NCBI GenBank assembly: GCA_965112155.1
Contig: OZ218100.1
Origin: Podarcis liolepis
Taxonomy: Eukaryota
Direction: 5' to 3' (one strand)
DNA: 64,000 nucleotides
The stretch's first letter is position 1, and the number at the start of each line of letters is the position of its first letter. This document shows positions 51,204-64,000 of this stretch, one piece after another. The notes under the pieces were generated by a model. The model saw nothing but the letters and a program-made list of their open reading frames with translations, was not told where the DNA came from and did no database searches. Made by a program: the position numbers and the translations under genes.

Positions 51204-52375
51204 GAATATAGACTTTAAAAATAAATAAATCTGATTGCTGGAATTGCTTCCTGTACCTCCTGTTGCTTTGGCACCGTATTTTGCTTCCCATAACTATTGC
51301 TTGTTTTTCCTGAGTTGGTCACATGGGTGAGCCAAGCCAATTGGCAATCACATAGTGGGGATGACTTCAGAAGGCACAATAAGAGATCACAGTGAGAATT
51401 GCCTACAGATTTGCTACCACTGAAGGCAACCAAAGAAAAGTCACTCTTGCCCAAGCAAGCGCTGAAAATTAATTGACAGGGGCTGCTTTTGAAGTTGTTG
51501 AGCATTTTTATGGAAAATGAGTCACTCTGTCCTAGTTTATAGAAGTGTTGTATACTCTGCAGCTAGTCCCAATATTGTAGTCATCGGTACGTTGCCCAAG
51601 TACCATTAGGATGATTAAATCGCGAGACTCTCACTCTTAGTATCTCTGCTACTTAATGCTACACTTTCAAACTACAAAGGGAGCTTGCTAATGGCAATGC
51701 TTTACCGAGCATGTTTTGTATCAAATGCATGCTGAATTGCTTTGGAATAGATTATGGGTTTCCCGTAGATGGAGCATAGTATATTTTAAATGCAAAATTC
51801 TTAATGAAACAATAAAGCCACAGATCTAAAAGGGGAAAGACCACAAAGTGCAAAAAAAGAGTTTCCTATAGCATCTTTAGCCTGGCTGCATTTTATGGAT
51901 GGAATAACTTAAAAGAGCCATGGAAATGCAGAACCTGAATACACTTCAAGATCCATCTAAGCTTAATATCTGCATAGGAGCAGGAGTGTGCCTGATTAAC
52001 AAAGCACCCACTAGTAAAGCAGGGCAAACTTGTCAGCTTCACAGAGTTGTTCTTCTAATGGAACGGTGGTCCACTTTTGCCACCAGAAACTGATGGAAGG
52101 TGACCTCTGTGGCAGATGGGAGATCATTTTCATCACTGGCCACAGGCAACATTTATCAGAATTCCATGGCACTGTCCAGGTTTACTTCTCCCAAGCTGCT
52201 ATAAATGGAAACCATCAGGTCTGACAAAACATGCTAGACATGACCCAGTTTTTATATCATGCTTAATGACCTGGTTATGCAATCCTGAGAAATTATCTCC
52301 CATCCCATGAAAATCCACCCCCCCCCCCCCGCACAGCATTTAGGCAGATTCTTCTCAAGCCTAATTGCTTTGGGG

Positions 52376-52377
<2 letters not shown>

Positions 52378-52417
<40 letters not shown>
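52378..52417. repeat. (GT)n microsatellite
   Basis: read directly from sequence. Confidence 0.97.
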
Positions 52418-52420
<3 letters not shown>

Positions 52421-55400
52421 CTTCATGATACAAGTATATTTAATCTGTAAACTGCCATGAGACTGTTAGGTAGAAAGTGGTATAGAACCCCCCAAATAAA
52501 ATAAAATATTAGAGATTAAATATAGATTGAATAATGTACAGATTCAAGACTAATGCATTATTCTACAAAATTATACATTATGCTTAGAAGAAAGCCCCAC
52601 TGAATTCAATGGGGATTACTCCCAGACAAGTGTATATAGGATTTCAGGTTTAATCATTTTTCTTCATAAACATAAATAAACACTATTAATACAGACTCAA
52701 TTCAGATCTATATTTAAAGAGGCAGATGCTATATAAATAATAACAGACAAGAGAAAGAAAGAGAGAACTAAAACACACATTGCTGGAATTTAGGGGTGGT
52801 TAATGTGACTCACGGTCGTAAATATAGCTGAGCAGAGCTCTTTTAAATTTTTATTGAGAATAGACAAGATTCATAGAAAGGTTTAAAGACCTGCTCTTGA
52901 ATGTGTTCAGAATTCAACTGCCCCAAAGCAGTGCCTAGACGGGCATTTGCTGTTGTTCCTTTATATATACATATCACAATAGCCAGAGATCAAGGTGCTC
53001 CTTCAGAATAGCCCTGTGTGTTCTGAAACCCAACGGGAAGTGGGCAGCCCTCACCTCTGCCCTCCCAGAACAGGGCCCCTGACAGAAAGCCTTTTGTTTT
53101 GACCGCTTTGCATGTCAAGCACATGCCATGAGAACGGCATTCATTTAATAACCCTGCTCCATCTCCTCAGGGAGGAGGAACAAAACTTCTGAAAGGACGG
53201 TGGCATGCAGCAGGGCTTTGAAAGGTAGTTTCCGTCACTCTCAGACATGGGCTGCCTTAGGTGGGTGAACAAAGCCGTTGTTCTGTTTGGTTAGGATGGT
53301 CACCCATGCCAAACAGCCCATGCCAAATCGTCTGTCACAGCTCAGAGGCTGCTGCCCAAATTTTATTCACTTAAGAGAAATGTGTTTGTCTCTGGGTAAT
53401 GCTTCAAGTTGGACCCTGAGGTTTCCGGGGCATGAGAATTTCTCAGTCCTGGAAAGTGAATAAAAGGCCACTTCCATTCTCTGCAGGCAAGAAGAGACTC
53501 TAAATTCCCTCTCTGTAGGCTCTTCTTTGTTTTGAGTCCAGATACTGTCTTAGATCCAAGCCAACCCCAACAAAAGCTGATTATCTCACCTTTTATATAG
53601 AGGGATTGCTGTAGAAAGCATGTGAAGCTATGGAGAAGCTGGGGGCTGCACTTGACCAGCTGAGAGTACAGTGTTGCATGCAAAATAAAAGTGGAGGGAG
53701 AGGGGAGAACTGCTGAGATCGGGCTGTAGTTTCAGCCATTTGCACTTCTGCATGGGAGACAGAGATTACATTCACAAACATGCATTGAAAGTGGTATGAT
53801 ACCACTTTAAACTGTCATGGCTTCCCCCAAAGAATTCTGGGAGCTGCAGCTTGTTAAGGGAGCTGAGAGCCGATAGGAGGCACCAGTTCCCCTCACACAG
53901 CTGCCACTGGTTTAACAATCAATCCTTCTTCAATGGAACTCCGGGAAATTTAGCTCTGTGTCTTTCTGTCTCTTAGGGCCCATCTTGCCTCTCTCTCACT
54001 ATCACCCTCCCCAAAGTGAAAATGGTTACCATTTCCCTGCATTTTCTCCTCTGCTAACCATCTCTTGCCATCCCGAGGACAAATGTCCAGTCTGCTCAAT
54101 GAATGACATGAGTTGGGTCTAGTGAAGTCTCTAGACCAGAAATCTTTAGAAATCTCTAAAATCTGCAAATGTTGTTGCCACCTCCACACTTCCATCTAGA
54201 TTTCAGGTTACTGTATTTAAAATGCAGGTGGATTACTTTTCAGAACAAAATTGCAGCGAAGCTACATTTCATTCTCCTCCCATTTGTGGTCCTTAGACAA
54301 ACCTGCATTTCACACAATAGCACATGATACAGTGAGCAGCACCGATGTCAAGAAGTTCCCTGTTAAATGTGAAAATATTGTACAGTTCAAGTGTCAGAGA
54401 AGTGTCATAGAGGTTCTATTTGTAGCTGAGGTGAAGTGTCAGAAGTCTTGAGTGCACCTGAAGTATGTTTCTCCCTCAAAGAAACTGTTATGTGGACGTG
54501 ATTGTGGTGCAGACGAGTTTGAAGAAGTCTGTTTCCTTTAATTAAAGGGGCCCTTTGAGTCTGGCACTGTGTTAAACTTATTTCAAACAATCAACTCCCT
54601 ACCCCAGAATGAAGTCCTATTGTTATCAAAATTCCCAGGGGTTACAGTTTTAGCTACTGTCTGTTTAAGAGCAGAGCCAGTACATTTTCTTTGAGAATCT
54701 ATACATTATGATCTTTCCAAATGGATTTCTTCAATGTGCTGTTGATAGAGACTTGTCACATTTTTGGAACAATGATGAGTTTTTAAATATTTGAAGTCCT
54801 GAACAATTTTTTTAAAAACCCTTCAAATGACACATTTAAGGTAGCATGTAGTTAGAGAACTTTAATTTCACTAAACATAGGGATCAGGTACTGTACTGCT
54901 ATTGTGCTAAATGAACCAGAAGAATTTTTACCCCATTATCAAGACAAGACAATGCCATTGGAAAAGTAACATTTTGAACATGTCTTCATGTCCTCAAGAT
55001 ATAATCTCTCAGCACAAGAAATAGGCTTAAGGAGAGCATACAGAAATCTCAGGAAAAGTTTTTAAAAAACCAAAAGCAGCACAAAATAATAGGGAGTAGC
55101 AATAAAGTTTGATTGTTCCAGTTAGAAGTCTGGCTTACAAGGTTACAAAAAACACCCTTCGTGATGATCTCAGCTCTCCCTTAAATAGGCAATTGTAAAT
55201 ATAGACAGGAATCCATTAAAACGAAACAGTCGTTTGACATGTTGTACATTATCTTGATTCACTGTGTATCATTAAACTTTGTAAAAAGGTACTTTGTTTA
55301 TTTCATGGGCAAGACAACAGTCAAATTCAAATTATACTTTAAAGGAAATGTATCCAGTTTAGATGTTACAGGGGAGGGTATCTCATTATTACTGCATTTC

Positions 55401-55962
55401 TGAGACAGGAGAATGAATCAAACCATCAGGGATATCGCCAGGACTCATAGAAATTCTGACCTCTTTTGGCCAGAGGGTCGGAATCAAGCATGGCATACTT
55501 TCCAAGGGCCATATTTTAGTGAGCAGGACAAGAAACAATAAAAAAGGAAATAAGATCTTCTTCAGTGGAATGAAATGGGTCCACCATTCACTCCTCTCCT
55601 TCTGTTCCATTTGAGAAGTATGAGTGGCTTCATGGAACCTCTGCTCATCTTCTTCGCCACTGCCTGTTTGTGGTCCTGCCAAGGGAGATGGTTGTACTGC
55701 TAGCTGCAAGAGAGAAAGAAAGAACCATAACACTCTGATTTGGCTTCAGTTGTCATAGTATTGGCCTAGATATGTGGCCCCACTTTAGCATCTTGTTGGT
55801 AAAAGAAAATGCCACTCTGCTGGAAATGTGATTTCCTCTGCTGCAAAGTTCAGTTCTTACACCTGTTTCTAGCCTTTCCCAAAGTCCACAACTTTGCAGT
55901 CTGTGAATAGTGTGGAAAGTTGGGCAAGTGGCTTTTTGGCTTAACCCTAATATTTAACATTA

Positions 55963-56358
55963 CAGGGGTGGGGAACCTCAGGTCTGGAGGTCAAATACAG
56001 CCCTCCAGGCTTGTGTCTGGTCCTTGGAACTCTGCTTAGGCTATGCTTCAACCCCAGGCCATATCCCATCGCCCTAGGCTACATCTCTTGTCAGCCCTGC
56101 CCTGCATCTCCCTTGATTGTTTCCTGGCTGGAATGTATACTTGAACTCGTTAAATGCCTTTTTGCCTGTCTGGATCAAAGATGGAGGAATGTGCATGTCT
56201 GTAAAATCCTGTGTTGTTGTTGTTGTTGTTTTGCATGACTGAAACATAGCCTACTGCACAAAAGTACAGTCACTTCTGTTGCTCCACCTACTTTTACCTC
56301 TGATCCTACCCACCCAACAAGGAATGTGACTCTTAGGCTGAAAAAGGTTTCTTGCCTG
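55963..56358. mobile_element. older hAT-like non-autonomous element
   Basis: CAGGGGTGGGGAACCT start and degenerate AGGTTTCTTGCCTG end; TSD not evident. Confidence 0.5.
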
Positions 56359-59300
56359 GTATCATGCAGACACAAAGACACTTAAAGCTGTTCCCCAGAC
56401 AAAATTTCCTGAGGACCAGGGTCCAGAAAGACTGTTGCCAGGGATCGGGCAAATGCACCAAAGTTTTAACAGAACAGCAACTGCATCGATTCTAGCAACA
56501 CTGTCCACAACATGGCTGACTGAGAGAGTCAAACAGTGAGGGACAGGCATAGGCAAGAGAGATTCAGGAGGGTTAGCAAGTGGGCTTCTTAAATACAGTA
56601 TACACCCAAATATAGCAGAACCTCCCTCACTTTGTAGGCCCATTGAATGCAGGGAAAGGGGGTAAGGACAGGGTCTGCCCTGGGTAGTGAGTCATCAGAG
56701 GATCTTTGGCCTGAGTGACTTTGCCCACCTGGGAAGTTCATTGGCTTTCTCCTGTGGTCTGCTAGGGCTTTAAAGCCTTTCTGCCCAGATTTGGCCCATG
56801 ACTGCCTCAGCCACCTTTTGAAAGGGGCTTCCTCCCTGTTTCCTTGTCTGCTGGATTGTCCATCAGTTATGCCTCCTGCTTCTCCTGTTGTGCTGGCTGA
56901 CTGAAACTGTGTAAGACCCAACACCACAGCAGCTAGTGTCATTTTTATACTCATTGATCTACGCTCACAATCAGAGTGCTCAAAGTGTGGCCAAAGAGCA
57001 ATTTCCTCCCACCTTTCAGTCTATGTTTGTGGATGCAGCAAGGATTCTACTTTATGCTAATGGCTGTGAGTCTGGAACCAGGGATTTCAAGTGAGCAAGC
57101 CTGTGTGTGTGTGGCATCTGTCATGCATCTGAGAAGCACGACTCGAAATCTCATTTCACTGCAGCTACAAAGTTGTCATTTGCCATTAATTTGAGGGAAA
57201 TTGTGTCACTGCATTGCTTTCCTCTGATCTTAAGCATTTTGTAGCATTTAATAAAGTATAAAGGGCAACTGCATAATTGGAAGGATTTGTACAGTTCTTA
57301 AAGGTCTTCTAATTGCTGTTGCAACCTCCCCCAGGCTCTCTTCCCCTGGCCCTGATAGTCTTCGCATAAGTACTCGGCTCGGCATGTGCTTTTAAATGAC
57401 TCCCTCATATCCAAATATAGTATTGATGACAACGGCAAGATTTGTGATGGGACTTATCATCACCTAAAGCCATTTTGAGGGATTAGTAACCCAGGAGAAA
57501 CACAATGATTCACTGACAGTGTTTCTTATACCTTGTCTTGGACATTCATGTGGTGAAAAGTTTACAATCAATGTCTATCTTCCTGGTGTTGGCTTAAAGG
57601 TATTATACTGTAATTCCACTGTTGACTCTGTTGAAGAATCTGGGGCCCTTGTGGAATTTGGTTCCTCCAACCCAACCCATAACATTTTGTTCTGGTCAGA
57701 GATAAATCACTGATACGGAGTGACCTTCATGGATTCCTTTTAACTTCCCTGTCATTTTTTTATTATAATATTCTGCTGTTTGCTAAAATCCCATTAAGGT
57801 ACTAAAGATAAGGCTTTCTATATGATGGTGTTGGATTTTTATTCACTGAAACGCACCGTGTCCAAAGTCAACCTTAAAGCTTCTTTTCTAATAAATGCTA
57901 ACTGATTAAGATATCTGACTGTGAGCACAGAACTATAATTGAGAGACATGGATAGATTGCACCCATAGAAATTCAAATTCTACATACCTTGAAATTAATG
58001 TTCCAGATAATATCTGCCAGGATATTTAATCAGAACCTATAATTTTATTTTATTGTGTCAACAGCAGCTTTTCTTCTGAGGTATTTCTGGTTTGGGAGAA
58101 AAAGTTGAACTCTCACCCACCACAACATGGTCCTGATCTGGATTGCTCCTTCCCAATGGCTTCCTTAAAAAAAAGAAGAAAACATAAATGGAAACTACAC
58201 ATTTAATTTAATTTTTTTGTATAATTTGGCCTATAGTTCATTCCTTTTGTTTGCTCATTAACACTGTGCTTGGGAACTTAATAATTAGTCAAAATGCTCA
58301 GCATATTTTCTTATTACAGGCAAACAACAGATTCAAATAGACCGACCTCAAAAATGAACAACTGTGCTTTCAACTCACAGCCTCTCTGATTAAAATTGGA
58401 CCTCACCACTCATAACTGGCCTCTACTGCTTTGGTGTTTCCTTAATTCTCAGCTCCACTGATTAAAATTTGCCCTCACCAATTAAAATTGGCCCTATCTA
58501 TTAATCAGCTAAAGCTTCAATTGATTAATATACCAATTTAAGCTTGAAGCCCACCTGTTTTCTTTTGTCAGTTCTTGGAAGAAAAGTGACTGTGCTTTAA
58601 ACATGAGTTCCTACTAGAAACTATCCTTCTAGCAGAAGTTTAAGTACAAGATGGTTAATCACCCTACCAGTCAAGAGGATGCTTAGAACTGAGACAGACA
58701 TGAAAGCACCAATGGGTAAAAACAGCCTACAAATTTTCAGTCATTATAGCTCTGTGCAGGGTTGATCATTGGGAAGTCTTTATTTTTTACTGTAAGGTGA
58801 AGCGAGTATTCCTCTGTCTGGGAGGGTATGCTTCCAAAAGACAAAAAAGCATGTCTTTTGTTATGTAGACTCTTGTTTATGTGTTCTATTGATCACTTAA
58901 AGCTTGTGTCTTCTTAGCGCACACCGTTCCCCTGATGAAAGGCCATCTGTGGCCCAAAACATGCTGGTCTTCTGGAGCTGATTTATCTGTGTGGTTTTTA
59001 AAAGTGTGAATCAATCTGCTTCTGCATCCTGTGAGACTGCTTCTGTTCCACTCTTTGGAAGGAGAATTGCAATTTATAATGCTGACTTTCATGGGCAGAT
59101 CTTGTAGCTTTCATGGGCTTGCCAGATCCTCGTATTCCAAAAAGTAGTATCACAAAATATCTGTGATGAATATCCACTGTAATTCCACTATTCTTTCTGG
59201 TTAGAGTCATTGAGGATCTATTTCAGCATTTCTGGAAACTGGAGATAAAATTCCAAAGCAGGTTAAATACACACATGTACTATCATTTCCAGAGGGCTAG

Positions 59301-60149
59301 CTGCCTTAGGGCATGTTCAGATGTGGGGATTATTACATTAGATTTACTGGTTCTAATGCTAGTGCTTCTGTCTCAGTTTCAAAAATTCCTTTTATACTGC
59401 ATTACCTGTTATGTTATGGACCTGTGGCTTTTTGATTGATGTACTGCCTATGTTGTGCTAAATTTAATTCACACTAGTGAGTGTGGTGCGACACAACCGC
59501 AGACATCATTGGATATGTCATAACCTTCCCCTACCCTTTATGCACATGTGTTCTTCGGTGCTTCCTTGTTCCACCCGTGTAAATTGTGAAAAAAATTGTA
59601 CCTCCCTAAATATCATCCCACAAGGTTAACAAAACATGGCCGGCACAGCCATTAGGCAGGGTGAGGCTGCCGCTTAAGGCAGCGGAAGTCTTCAAGGCAG
59701 CACCCTGGTGGGCATCCCGCCTGCTCTGCCACTTCCACCAATGGCAGAGAAGCAGCGCCAGCATCAGCACCAATTTTGGGCAAGGTCTCACCAAAATTGT
59801 GCAAGATCATGCAGAGCGCCTGAGGTCTCATGCAAAATCAGCCAAGTGGTGAAACGGGACATGCCACGCCTGGTGTTAAATGTCTATTAGATTCCGCTAG
59901 GTTTCCAGAAGTGGTGTTTACAAAATGTGAAAGATCACATCAAACACACACACAAAATCAAGCAATGTCGGGAAAACAGAGTAAATTGCAGCCTTAGTCC
60001 ATTGCACAAAAAACAAGAGTCTAGTGACACCTTGAAGACTAATGCATTTATTAGGGTATAAACTTTTGTGGACTGCAGTCAACTTCACCAGTCTTTAAGG
60101 TGCCACAGGGCAAATTCACACAAAATCATATGTTTATATTCTTTCTTAG

Positions 60150-60323
60150 AATTATATAATCATTGAATTGGAGAGTTGGAAGGGACCATGAGGGTCATCT
60201 AGTCCAACCCCCTGCAATGCAGGCATCTCAACTAAAGCATCAATGACAAATGGCCATCCACCTTCAGCTTAGAAACCTCCAGTGGAGGAGAGCCCACCAC
60301 CTTCCAAGGGAGTTTATTCCACA
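60150..60323 (-). mobile_element. CR1 LINE 3' fragment
   Basis: gagttggaagggaccatgagggtcatctagtccaacccc...aaacctccagtggaggagagcccaccacc. Confidence 0.8.
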
Positions 60324-63300
60324 GCATTAAATATATAAAACCATGCAATAAAAGCACGTATAAAAAAATTAAAATCAGAAATCAGCTAACTATTGCAGAA
60401 AGATCGCCTCAATTACCTGCACAGGCCTGGTGAAATTGAAACGTTTTCAGCAGGCACCTGAAAGTTGGCACAAAAGTTGCCTGCTGACTCTCCAATGGCA
60501 GAGAGTTCCACAGAAATGGGCCAATGACACTAATGGCTTGGCTTCTTGTTGCCAAATGAGCCTCACCAACTCGAGGAACAACCCAATGATGCTCCTGCAG
60601 ATGATTCCAGCCAGGTAACAGATAAACGTTTTTACAGCATACCCCGCCCACCACAAAAACCCCAGCAACAGTCAAGCAAGACTTGCAGCCACACAAAAGC
60701 TGATCAGGAGGATGTGGAGCAAAGATGGTGAGAAGTATGACCTGAAAAATAGGCAGAGTCAGGCAGGCATGGAGGGACACATTTGCCACCACCCCCTGAG
60801 CCTTACATATGAGCCTTACTCAGAATATCCTCCTTTAGTTTTAGTAGAGCTTACTCCCAGGTAAGTGGGTAGAGGATTGCAGCCTACATTTAGGAACAAC
60901 TGTTACAAAAGGTTCAGATGAAAGGTTAAAACTGTGCTTCGCTTTTCTTTTCTTCCTCCTAGCTGTCCTCTCTCCCTCCATCACCCTTATAGCTTCTCAG
61001 CTGGTTTTGGGACAGAAGCTTATCTGAGAATTCTTAGTGATTCCTCTGTTGCTCTGGAATTTTAAACATATTTTTTTAAAAAACACTTCTTTTCTAGTGT
61101 CAAGAATTGGTGGTGGTTGTTTTTTAAAGCTCTGTTCAGTTAGTCCAAACAAAGCTTTGTTAGAATGATTAGGCTTTTAAATGGTATTGGACTCATGTAG
61201 TTTATTATATTTATGCTATGGCATAATTTTGTTAATTTTTTTTTTTGCTAGGATGCCATCAGCCAGATTGCACCACCTCCTCACTGTGACTTCCGTGAAA
61301 GCTTTCTCCATTCCTGTGAGTTGCATGATACTTCTTTATTGCTTCCCAGGTCTATGACTATATACACAGAGAACTTTCACAGATGGATAACAGCACACCA
61401 CCAGACAGAGGTACGCATGCCAGTGTGTTGGAGACATGCTGTAGCACTATCTGCAGTCAGCAATTTAGGTGCAAATAATGCCTTTTGAAGGAATTTGTGC
61501 TCCATACAAAACATAAAGAACAGTCATTCCAGACGGGTCCTGTTCAGAAGAGACTGCCAAAGAGCTGTCATGAATGGAGGTTCTTTTCCTTTTCAGGATA
61601 GGGAGCAAAAAAGGTAGACCTTTTAATGCACCAATACATAACTGATCTGGGCTGCCAACAAAAAGAAACAGGAGTACAGGAAGGCTGGGAACAATATTAC
61701 CACTATGGGACCATCCTGTTTTATTTGAGCTCAAGTCCAAGAGCGGTGAAACTGCCATCAGCAAAATATCTGATTAAGGGGCCTGGTGTTGGATGGCAAG
61801 GTGAGATCAGGGCCAGAACAAGCCAAAAAGGAACTGATTGCAAAAAATGCAAAAGCATCAAGTTCAAAGTCCGAGGGCACTGGCAGGTGGGGTGGTGAGA
61901 ACATGCTCTCTGAGTCACAGTATAACATTTCACAAATTTACTCCTATATCCACTTTGGGTTGCAGTGAGAATTTGGCACCGCTGAGGCTACTTTGCCTAT
62001 CAGGTGCAGCAAAGCTGGATGAAATGATAAACCCTGAACTGCAGAAAGGATCAGTGCATCTGGTGCAAGAAAGATGTCAAATTGTGCAAGGCAAAACTAC
62101 ACCAAAGTTTGAGTCAATGTAATGAATATATGACCCATATCTCAAAACAACCAAAGACACTATATGAATTCCTGAACAAAAACATCCAGTATAGGGTGAA
62201 TTTTATCTTTGCTGTCACCACAGCAGAAGTAAAACATACATTGCTAGCATTTGACTGGGCTAAAAAACTGGAAGCTCCAAAGGAGAGCATAACCAATCTG
62301 CAAAGATATTAGAAACAAAGGGAAAAAATCTATGTTCCCCTTTGCGCTGCCCCTACTCTGATGAATTCAGCTATTGATGCTGCTACTCATGTAATTATGC
62401 TGATGATGTATTGCTTAGAGTTCGGAGGTTATAGGGTAAATCTTTTGATAAACTCTTTTTGTTGCTTGAATGTTAATTTCATTGGATCAATTAGCATTAG
62501 CATAATAATGTGAATAATTGATTCAGAATGTCTAAGTAGTGGTAATTTGGGGGGTGCTTCCCACCCCCCACCTTTCCCACTCACTAGATAATCTATATCC
62601 TAAATCATACATGTTTGAAGAAAGATTGATCCCAATGTACTGCATCTAATTAGTAGTTCTGAACTATACAGGCTTGAAAAGCATCTATGTGACCCATCAG
62701 GGGAAAGGTTTCTGTGAGGCCACAAAAGGCATGGGAAGAGAAAAGGAGATTGCCCTCCAGTGTTGTATGTAAGAGTGAAATATGCAAGGGTACAAAGAGA
62801 GCAATGCAAGACACTTGCCGTTGAACAATGGAGAAATAGGAAGTTGCAGCATGATGGATCACATTTCCAAAAGTTAGGATATGAATACAATACAATACAA
62901 TGCAGATTTTGTGCCAAAAGACAACTTCTGGTGTCCCGTGTGAAATGTTTAGTACTCATTTTGTGAATTTGCATAGCCAGAGAGGCTGCCCCACAACTCC
63001 ATATACGCCAGTGTTCTGCCCACTCCTCCATCCAGTCCATGAATTCAAACACTAGGCAGGAGTAATTCTCTCTAAGGCTGTGTCAAAATTACAGCCACCC
63101 CATTTCATTAAACCATATGCAGGCAAGAAAATTAAGTGCATTTTAGTGATGTGGAGGGTGGGGGGAAAGTAAGTGTGCGTGTGTGCGCGTCTGTGTGGAA
63201 CTTCTTGGTGGCAATGTTCTTCCAGGTGGTCACCAGCTGGCAACCAAGTTTTCCCCTCAGAAGTCCCTTCAGAGCAAGGAATTTTTGGGGGGGGGGGGGT

Positions 63301-63484
63301 TGAAAAGGCCCTCTTCTTTGTTACCGCTCTCCAAACCTTTCTCAGAGGGTATGCATGGAGGAGGGCCTCCAGTGTCAATCTTAATACAGGTTGGGGTTTA
63401 TATCAGGAGAGAGGTACCATCAAGTATTGCGGTCCCAAGCAGAATAACTCTATCCACATGTTCCACAATCTGCACAGTTCTCCC

Positions 63485-63795
63485 TGTCCTGTTTTCTGTT
63501 AGATTCAGGACACAGCACATAGTTAAGCTGTGAAATTCACTACACAACTTGGGTGGCTCTAAAATGGGTGTAAACAAATTAATAGAGGGTTAGGCTATCA
63601 ATGGCCACCAGCCATGATGGCTGCCATACTACCTCCAGTATGGAGGCTGTATGCTTCTGAACAGCAGTTGCTGACCATTGCAAGTGGGCAGGGGGCTGTT
63701 GCTTGTGCGCTTCCCACAGGTATCTGATGTCCATGAGAACAGGATGCTGACCTAGATGGCATTTTGGTCTGATACTTCTGCATTCATCTTTTGAA
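63485..63795 (+). mobile_element. CR1 LINE 3' fragment
   Basis: ggacacagcacatagttaagctgtgaaattcact...ggctatcaatggc...gagaacaggatgctgacctagatg. Confidence 0.7.
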
Positions 63796-63823
63796 AGGAT
63801 TGTTAACTGCAAATGACATAGAG

Positions 63824-64000
63824 CAGGGGTTCCCAATTGGTGGTCCATGGACCCCAGCGGGGTCCGTGTAATCCACCTGGGGGTCTGTGGCAGCATTCAC
63901 ATAACAAAAACTACTACAGAGATATAATAACTTTCAAAAGTAGGGGGTCTGTGGGTTGGGTTTTGAAAAACAGGGGGTACATGGTATGTAGTTAATTGGG
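63824..64000. mobile_element. hAT-like element left end (runs off window)
   Basis: CAGGGGTTCCCAA start with repeated ggggtcc/ggggtct motifs. Confidence 0.6.

Noticed and set aside
61780-62380. Bornavirus nucleoprotein-like (EBLN) alignment (KVRSGPEQAKK vs KIKAGAEQIKK)
   Set aside because: Few identities, spacing off by about 30 residues, needs frame changes and conflicts with other equally weak matches; not called as a feature.

Overview
Vertebrate genomic DNA. The repeat set (BovB/RTE, young L2, CR1, L1, Penelope ends, Squam-type SINEs, a tRNA-Lys/CR1-tail SINE, hAT and Tigger-like MITEs) points to a squamate, most likely a lacertid lizard; this is an inference from repeat families. The window looks like a long intron or intergenic region with one 145-N assembly gap (39218-39362). 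I could not name any host gene; only weak exon and promoter candidates appear in the TE-poor first 6 kb. The most notable structure is a four-level nest at 46.1-49.0 kb. A tRNA-derived SINE is split exactly in its anticodon arm by a 2.76-kb one-ended hAT-like element. That element carries a decayed but frame-preserving repeat-protein ORF, which is interrupted by a solo LTR that itself contains a MITE. Also notable are a Tigger/pogo-like element holding a 60-bp hairpin minisatellite (7.5-8.7 kb) and near-intact L2 and BovB reverse transcriptase fragments. All family assignments come from remembered motifs, not from database searches.
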